64,000 nt of DNA from Holophagales bacterium (GTDB taxonomy: Bacteria > Acidobacteriota > Thermoanaerobaculia > Multivoradales > Multivoraceae). The notes under the pieces are model-generated. The model made no database searches and was not told the origin of the DNA. It saw only the letters and a program-made list of their open reading frames with translations. A program made the translations under genes and the position numbers. Positions 58,731 to 64,000 of this stretch are shown here, piece by piece (the stretch's first letter is position 1; every line of letters begins with the position of its first letter). The stretch covers positions 325,526-389,525 of the forward strand of contig VXSP01000045.1 in assembly GCA_009837885.1 (NCBI GenBank), written 5' to 3'.

Positions 58731-59776
58731 GAGTCGCCTACCTTCTGCCCGGCGCCGCCCTCTACGGCGGCGTCAAGGTGGTCTTGCAGCACGCCCGGGC
58801 GCTCCGCAGCCTCGGAGTCGACGCGACCGTCCACTCGCCGGATCCGTGCCCGGCCTGGTTCGACGGGGCGGACGCCTTCTACCGGCAGGTTCGGGCCCTC
58901 GACCGGCGATCGCTGCCGCGGGTCGAGGTGGCGGTGGGGACGCTGGCGCCGACGGTCGCTCCGGCGATCGAGGTCGCCGAGTACCTGGCGTGCCACCTGT
59001 GCCAGGGCTACGAGCCGGCCCACGAGACGCTGTCTCGCGCCGAGCGCGCTGGGATGCTGGCGGCGTACGAGTTGCCGGCCCGGAAGCTGGTCGTGTCGCC
59101 TCACCTCGTCCGCACGGTTCGCGAGCGGCACGGCGTCGAGGCTCACTGGATTCCGCAGCCGTTCGAGCCGGCGCTGTTCCGACCCCCGGAGGAGGAACGA
59201 GAAGACGATGGCCGGCTACGTGTGCTCGTTAGCGGCCACTGGGATCTCGAAGTCAAGGGAGTCGCCTGGTGCCTGCGCGCACTACGGCCGCTCTTCGAAC
59301 GAAGCGGTCGCCGTCTCGACCTGGTGCGCCTGTCGCTCGACGCGGATGCCGAGGAAGTCTCCTTCTGGCCGGAAGCGGAGCGGCATCGTCACGTTCTTCC
59401 CGCCGAGGTTCCGGCATTGATCCGAGGCGTCGACCTGTGCATCGGACCGTCGTCGCCGCTCGAAGGCTTCGGCCTGCTCGCGCTCGAAGCGATGGGCTGC
59501 GCCCGTTCCTGCGTTCTGACGGAGATTCCCTCCCACCGCGACCTCGATCCCGAAGACCGGGCCTCGATCAAGGTGCCGTTCGGCGACGCGGAGGCGCTTC
59601 GAGTTGCGGTGGAATGCCTGTGGCGCGACCGCGACCTGCGGTGGCGGCTCGGCATGGCGGGGCGGGCGATCGCCGAAACGTACACGGAACGCCGCACCGG
59701 CGAAGCGCTGATGCGGGCGTTCGGCGTCGACCCGGTGAGGCGGCAGCCCGCGGCTCAGACGAAGATCGAGACGTAG
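58727..59776 (+). CDS. Glycosyltransferase (GT-B fold, GT1/GT4-like)
   Basis: (M)RVAYLLPGAALYGGVKVV N-terminus, and the C-terminal EGFGLLALEAMGCA (E-x7-E region). The track start 58436 would overlap GH109 by ~290 nt. The proposed start is CTG 58727 in a CTGA overlap. Confidence 0.75.
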   Translation: MRVAYLLPGAALYGGVKVVLQHARALRSLGVDATVHSPDPCPAWFDGADAFYRQVRALDRRSLPRVEVAVGTLAPTVAPAIEVAEYLACHLCQGYEPAHETLSRAERAGMLAAYELPARKLVVSPHLVRTVRERHGVEAHWIPQPFEPALFRPPEEEREDDGRLRVLVSGHWDLEVKGVAWCLRALRPLFERSGRRLDLVRLSLDADAEEVSFWPEAERHRHVLPAEVPALIRGVDLCIGPSSPLEGFGLLALEAMGCARSCVLTEIPSHRDLDPEDRASIKVPFGDAEALRVAVECLWRDRDLRWRLGMAGRAIAETYTERRTGEALMRAFGVDPVRRQPAAQTKIET

Positions 59777-60864
59777 AAGCCGGCCGTGGCCAGGCTCTCG
59801 CGGTCGGGTGTCATCGACGCGGGAAGCGCGTCGATGCGCTCCGGCAGGGGAGTGGTCTGGGCGTCGATCCGGTAGCGGTCGAAACCGGCCGCGTGGAGCC
59901 AGTCCTCGAGCGTGCGGCGAGTGAAGAAGCGGACGTGGGTAGCGCAGAGCAGACCCATGGGCACATAGTCCCATCGTCCGGCGATCAGGTCCTCGACCAC
60001 CGAGTAGTGGCCGACGTTGGGCACCGAGAAGACCATCCGGCCGCCGGGACGGAGCCAGCCGGCGGCCCGTTCCAGGAACGCCTGACCGTCCGTGAGATGT
60101 TCGAAGAGTTCGAAGGCGACGATGGCGTCGAAGGTCTCTCCGGGTTCCACGGTCTGGACGTCGCCCCGGATCACCCGGTCGAGCCGCCTCTCGGCCGCCA
60201 GTGCCGCTTCAGGATTCAGTTCGATGCCGACAGTGCGGCAGCCGAAACGGTCCTTGATCAGGGCCGCGGTCGCCCCGCGGCCGCAGCCGACCTCCAGAAC
60301 GGAGGATTCGGGCCCGAGGTCTTGGGGCAGGAGCGGCAGGACATCGGCACGTTCGCCGCCGTAGTAGTCGATGAACTCGTAGCAGAGGCCGGCTCGCGGA
60401 CCGGGTATCCGCTCGCCCGCGGCCAACCGTGCAGCGGCCGCGGTCGACAGCAGCGCGGCGGGGGAGGCCGCTTCGCCGGAAAGTGGCCCGGCCGTGTTTG
60501 TGGAGTCGGAGGCGAGCCATGCGGTCTCGGCCTGTTCAAAGTCGGCCAGAGTGAACAGGTCGCTGCTTGCTTCCGGGCCGGTTGTTGTCAGGTCGGTGGC
60601 GTAGAGGGCGCCGTTGCCTCCGTCGCGGCTGTTCGCCGCGAGTTCCTCCCGCATTCTGCGCAGGGACTTGCGGCCGATCAGGACGCGGCAGGACCCCAGG
60701 ACGAGGGTCGCTTCCGTGTCGTCGGGCGGTTCGGCTGGCAGCTCTGAAACAACCTGGACCTCGCCGAACACGGCGCGCGCCTCGCCGACCAGCCAGCGAC
60801 GGAGATACCACCACTCGGCTGACGCCTCGGCCTCGGCGTCCCAGGGCAGGACCAGCAGGAGCAT
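59755..60864 (-). CDS. Class I SAM-dependent methyltransferase with ~170-aa N-terminal extension of unknown function
   Basis: Motif I VLEVGCGRGATA, then AFELFEHL and LRPGGRMVFSVPN. Its 3' end overlaps the convergent GT gene by 22 nt. Confidence 0.75.
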   Translation of the reverse strand: MLLLVLPWDAEAEASAEWWYLRRWLVGEARAVFGEVQVVSELPAEPPDDTEATLVLGSCRVLIGRKSLRRMREELAANSRDGGNGALYATDLTTTGPEASSDLFTLADFEQAETAWLASDSTNTAGPLSGEAASPAALLSTAAAARLAAGERIPGPRAGLCYEFIDYYGGERADVLPLLPQDLGPESSVLEVGCGRGATAALIKDRFGCRTVGIELNPEAALAAERRLDRVIRGDVQTVEPGETFDAIVAFELFEHLTDGQAFLERAAGWLRPGGRMVFSVPNVGHYSVVEDLIAGRWDYVPMGLLCATHVRFFTRRTLEDWLHAAGFDRYRIDAQTTPLPERIDALPASMTPDRESLATAGFYVSIFV

Positions 60865-60899
60865 GGCGTGATCGTAGCGTTGGCCCGAGGCGCGGGTCC

Positions 60900-61970
60900 C
60901 TACAGTCTCTCCATCACCTCATCGTGGAACTGCTGGATGACCCGTTCCTGGGTCGCCAGCGAAGGCAGGAGCATGAGCTGGTCGAGACCGGCGTCGGCGA
61001 GGGTGCGGACCTGTGCCCGTACCTCCTCGGCCGTACCCGCAAGGCAGGAGGCGCGGATGAGATCAGGGGTGACGAACCTCTCTTCTTCCGGCAGGGAGTA
61101 CGTACAGTGCCCGGCGTGGACGCGCAGGTGGCGCCCTCTCGCCGGCGTCTGCTCGACCAGCGCGCAGTACTCGTCCCAGACCGGCCGCACGTGCGGCGGC
61201 GGCTCGCGGTCGAACTGGTGCTGCTGGTCGTACAGGTAGTGCAGGCCGGAGAGGACGAAGGGCCCGCACTCCTCGATCACCCGCGGCGAGGTCAGGTCCT
61301 CGCCGGGCTCGAGAATCACGGCCGTGGTAAGCGAGCAGGTGTAGAAGCTGTCGGCGTCGAAGTCCCGGCCGGCCGCCTCGGCGCCCCGGCCGCAGTTCTC
61401 GATCGCGCGATCGAACAGCGAGGCGTTCGGCGGAATCGACATGACCAGGCCGTCGCCGACCTCGCCGGCCAGGCCCTGGCTCTTGGGACCGAAGCCGGAG
61501 ACGTACATCGGGATGCGCGGCTCGGTGGCGATGAAGCCCTGTTCCTCCATGAGGAAGCGGAGCGGCTCCGTGCGGCCGCGGAACGTGAAGTCGACCTCCT
61601 GGCCGTCGAGCAGCGCCCGCACCACGCGCAGGTACTCGCCGAACTCCTGGACGCCGACCGGGCGGTGCCCCATCAGTCGGAGCGCCGTGTTGCCGGCGCC
61701 GATGCCGAGGAAGGTGCGTCCCGGAGCGATGCGGTTGATCGTCGCGATGCTGTGCGCCGTGACCGGCGCGATCCGCGTGCCGGTGATCGCGACGCCGGTC
61801 CCGAGCCTGATCCGGCTCGTCCGCTCCGCCGCCAGCGCCAGCACCGCGTAGCAGTCCGACCAGATCATCTGGCTGTCGGCGATCCACGCATGGCTGTACC
61901 CGAGCGCTTCCGCCCTCTCGATGTAGCCGATGTCGTCGATCTTGCTGGCGACGCAGACGCCGAAGTCCAT
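60900..61970 (-). CDS. Luciferase-like monooxygenase (LLM-class, F420/flavin-dependent oxidoreductase)
   Basis: Start placed at ATG 61970 (MDFGVCVASK...). AE.LGYSHAWIADSQ, LGTGV and GIGAG motifs are typical of the LLM class. Confidence 0.8.
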   Translation of the reverse strand: MDFGVCVASKIDDIGYIERAEALGYSHAWIADSQMIWSDCYAVLALAAERTSRIRLGTGVAITGTRIAPVTAHSIATINRIAPGRTFLGIGAGNTALRLMGHRPVGVQEFGEYLRVVRALLDGQEVDFTFRGRTEPLRFLMEEQGFIATEPRIPMYVSGFGPKSQGLAGEVGDGLVMSIPPNASLFDRAIENCGRGAEAAGRDFDADSFYTCSLTTAVILEPGEDLTSPRVIEECGPFVLSGLHYLYDQQHQFDREPPPHVRPVWDEYCALVEQTPARGRHLRVHAGHCTYSLPEEERFVTPDLIRASCLAGTAEEVRAQVRTLADAGLDQLMLLPSLATQERVIQQFHDEVMERL

Positions 61971-62201
61971 GGGGCCGGCAGTGTACCGCCGGAAGCTTCG
62001 GCTGCACCCGCCCGTTCCGGGCCTCAGGGGAGAGGGTCCCAGCGGGCTGGGCGGCGTAGACGTGCGTGCAGGCCCAACAGTGCATCGTCCTGGAGCCTTT
62101 GGCGGCGCAGTCTTGGCGGGTTCTGGTCCTTGTCGACCGTCTAGCCACCGGGAACTCATGCACCGACCTTGTGTTCTAACAGAATACTGTAAATTTAGTG
62201 A

Positions 62202-63260
62202 GTGCTGCTCCTGAGCCAGAGACCCTTGCGAGACAGAGATGGCGATCGGGCGCTCTTCACGGGTCGAGAGCCTGAGCTCGATCGCCTACTGCGAGCGTCC
62301 CGAGTTGGATTCAACGCCATCGTCTTGGGTGATCGAGGTGCAGGTACTAGCTCGTTGCTGGCTCGACACGCTTCCCACCTCGAAGGCCGGGGCGGTCGAG
62401 TGTGCCTCGTGACGGGAACCGCGGTCGACTCGATGCGTGGGCTCGCGGAAGCGATCCGACTCGCTGCCGAGGGAAGGCGGACTGTCGGCCGCGTTCCACC
62501 GGCTCAGGAACGGGGAGAGGACGAGCAGTCGGTACTCGGCAGGTTGATCCACGGTGACCCGCAGTCCTTGGGCCGGCTGCGTGACGTGTGCTTCGAGTTG
62601 GAGGAGTCCAACAACAGTGGGCGGCTGACCGTCATTCTCGACAATGTGCTGCGGCCAGAGATGGTCCACGGGCTCTTCGGCCGGTGCCGGGACGAAGTCT
62701 GGGAGTTACCAACGCGATGGGTGATTGCGGGGCGAGCAGATCGGCGCAGCCAGTATCTGAAGCCGCCGGCCGACTCCTTCTTCGACACTGAGGTGTACGT
62801 CGGAGCTCTTGAACCGGGAGTAGCGCGAGAACTGGTCCTTGCGCGCCTGAAGTCAGCCTTGCCCGAAGAGCGTGTCGACGCGGAACGAATCCGGCGCCGG
62901 CTTGACCAGATCGTGGAGCGCGGCGCGGGGAATCCCCGGCGGCTCTTGTCAGCGGCCAGGGACGTGCTCCTTAGTACCCAGGAGGAAGCGGAGAGCGGCG
63001 ACTCTGCCCTCGCCGCCGCTGCGTCGCTAGGCAAGACGGAGTTTGCTGCACTGCACTACTTGATGGACAGGGGCCCCGCGAGCGCGTCTGACTCGGAGTT
63101 CCAGGCAGACCTTGGAGTGACCCGTTCGCGTGCCACCCAGGTCCTGAAACGACTCGAAGACTCGAATCTCGTCACGGTCTTCGAGACGCGAACCGGCCGC
63201 GGCAGGCCGCGGAAGCTCTATCGTTCGATCGGCAGCGCGAGTGCGGAGGATCCTGCATGA
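62202..63260 (+). CDS. ORC/Cdc6-like AAA+ protein with degenerate P-loop and C-terminal winged helix
   Basis: 352 aa. FTGREPELDRL precedes the P-loop GDRGAGTSSL (Thr where the Walker-A Lys is expected). Walker-B-like LTVILDNV. Sensor-2/lid-like GAGNPRRLLSAARDVL (compare Cdc6 GDAR). C-terminal wHTH: ADLGVTRSRATQVLKRLEDSNLVTV. More A/T-ending codons than its neighbours. Confidence 0.6.
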   Translation: MLLLSQRPLRDRDGDRALFTGREPELDRLLRASRVGFNAIVLGDRGAGTSSLLARHASHLEGRGGRVCLVTGTAVDSMRGLAEAIRLAAEGRRTVGRVPPAQERGEDEQSVLGRLIHGDPQSLGRLRDVCFELEESNNSGRLTVILDNVLRPEMVHGLFGRCRDEVWELPTRWVIAGRADRRSQYLKPPADSFFDTEVYVGALEPGVARELVLARLKSALPEERVDAERIRRRLDQIVERGAGNPRRLLSAARDVLLSTQEEAESGDSALAAAASLGKTEFAALHYLMDRGPASASDSEFQADLGVTRSRATQVLKRLEDSNLVTVFETRTGRGRPRKLYRSIGSASAEDPA

Positions 63261-63955
63261 GTCGCCACCTCCTCGTGTGGCTGCTCCAGACCCACGCCTT
63301 CGACGATGCTTCGCCACGCCACGACACCCGAGGCTACGAGCTGCCTACGGTACTCGGCGACCAGACTCTTCGGTACGTCCACGGCGGCATGGCTCCTCGT
63401 ACGCTGCCATGGCCGGGGCTGGAAGGAGTCGCTCCCGGCCAGAAGGGGCCAGCCGACTTTGGCCTGTCCTCGGCTTGGCCGCCGCAGCGACCGCTGCGTG
63501 CCGAGCGTCGACCAGTGACGACGACGCGGGAGGAGGTGATGGCGAACGTCTATGCGGCGTTCGGTTGGCGTGGAAGTCGCGAAGAGGGCGACGAACGGGT
63601 CGTTGTCCTGTCTGTGCGGACGCCGCCGGGCCTTCGGGACGTCCGGATCGACCACGGATTCGTGGAGCATGTGGCCAGGCACGCGAATCGCGGTGCCTTC
63701 GCGAACTACGTTTTGCCAACCCTGAAGGAACCCCATGAGGTCTGGTTGACGCACGTAGGTTCCAGTAGGGGTGGGGCCTTTCGGCATCACTTTCTTGCGG
63801 CTTTCGATGATGGAGTGACCGCGGTTGTCGTCGTGGAGCCCGGCGAGGCGCCGGTTGCTTGGAACTTCTTCCCCGTAAGGCGCCGGACGGATGTCCGGAA
63901 ACGGCGAAAGGGCATGCTCCTCTACTCTCGGCGCCAAGAAGGCGGGGAGGGCTGA
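63257..63955 (+). CDS. Putative PBECR/RelE-fold nuclease-like protein (hypothetical)
   Basis: ATGA overlap with the upstream stop. An alternative internal start is ATG 63539, behind GGGAGGAGG. The C-terminal 138 aa (RIDHGFVEHVARHANRGAFANYVLPTLKEPHEVW...AVVVVE....VAWNFFP) resemble the H..H...ip..l..Pd.V pattern of phage Barnase-EndoU-ColicinE5/D-RelE-like nucleases. Confidence 0.4.
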   Translation: MSRHLLVWLLQTHAFDDASPRHDTRGYELPTVLGDQTLRYVHGGMAPRTLPWPGLEGVAPGQKGPADFGLSSAWPPQRPLRAERRPVTTTREEVMANVYAAFGWRGSREEGDERVVVLSVRTPPGLRDVRIDHGFVEHVARHANRGAFANYVLPTLKEPHEVWLTHVGSSRGGAFRHHFLAAFDDGVTAVVVVEPGEAPVAWNFFPVRRRTDVRKRRKGMLLYSRRQEGGEG

Positions 63956-64000
63956 CGGGCGCGCGTCGCGGGTTAGGAGAGGCTGGAGCCTGCCGCCGCC

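Noticed and set aside
62175-62200. LexA/SOS box in the AT-rich promoter of the ORC-like gene.
   Set aside because: The sequence is ACAG-N4-CTGT (and CTGT-N8-TGAG), not the CTGT-N8-ACAG arrangement. It is kept only as a possible operator for the module's own wHTH.
63218-63937. Minus-strand ORF of 239 aa overlapping the putative nuclease gene.
   Set aside because: The translation is Arg/Pro-rich without motifs. The plus-strand frame has the ATGA coupling, an internal strong SD and a recognisable C-terminal domain.

Overview
This is a high-GC bacterial chromosomal fragment, roughly two-thirds G+C by eye, with two short AT-rich patches near 27.47-27.54 kb and 62.17-62.20 kb. I support about 58 protein-coding genes. 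I found no rRNA, tRNA, CRISPR array, transposase or integrase. Many long ORFs in the track are antisense or 5'-extended artefacts of the high GC content, so several starts are re-placed here.

Gene content:
- Secreted and periplasmic functions: a 1243-aa LTD-EEP extracellular nuclease, a DUF1800/DUF1501 pair, a Tat-signal PhoD-like phosphatase that appears frameshifted, a TonB-dependent receptor and a Tat-signal GH109-like oxidoreductase.
- A MarR-MFP-RND efflux operon.
- smc, pyrR-pyrB-pyrC and xth.
- A PQQ dehydrogenase operon: cytochrome c', two paralogous 4-TM proteins, a PQQ dehydrogenase and a quinohemoprotein ADH.
- A respiratory cluster in which only the membrane subunits of alternative complex III (ActC-ActD-ActF) are present. 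It is bracketed by two paralogous amicyanin-like cupredoxins and joined to an A1-type cytochrome oxidase operon.

Items most worth a second look:
1. A lower-GC two-gene module at the 3' edge (62.2-63.96 kb). It encodes an ORC/Cdc6-like AAA+-wHTH protein with a degenerate P-loop, coupled to a PBECR/RelE-like putative nuclease.
2. The ActCDF-only, cupredoxin and cox cluster.
3. Three genes whose only sensible start is a CTG inside a CTGA stop/start overlap.
4. A perfect 36-bp inverted repeat around a 106-bp spacer.
5. A 27-nt palindromic intergenic element present at least three times.
6. A breakpoint where an NYN-domain gene and a convergent ORF collide, next to a HicB/HicA-like pair.

All functional calls rest on motif recognition in the translated ORFs. 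No database search was run.
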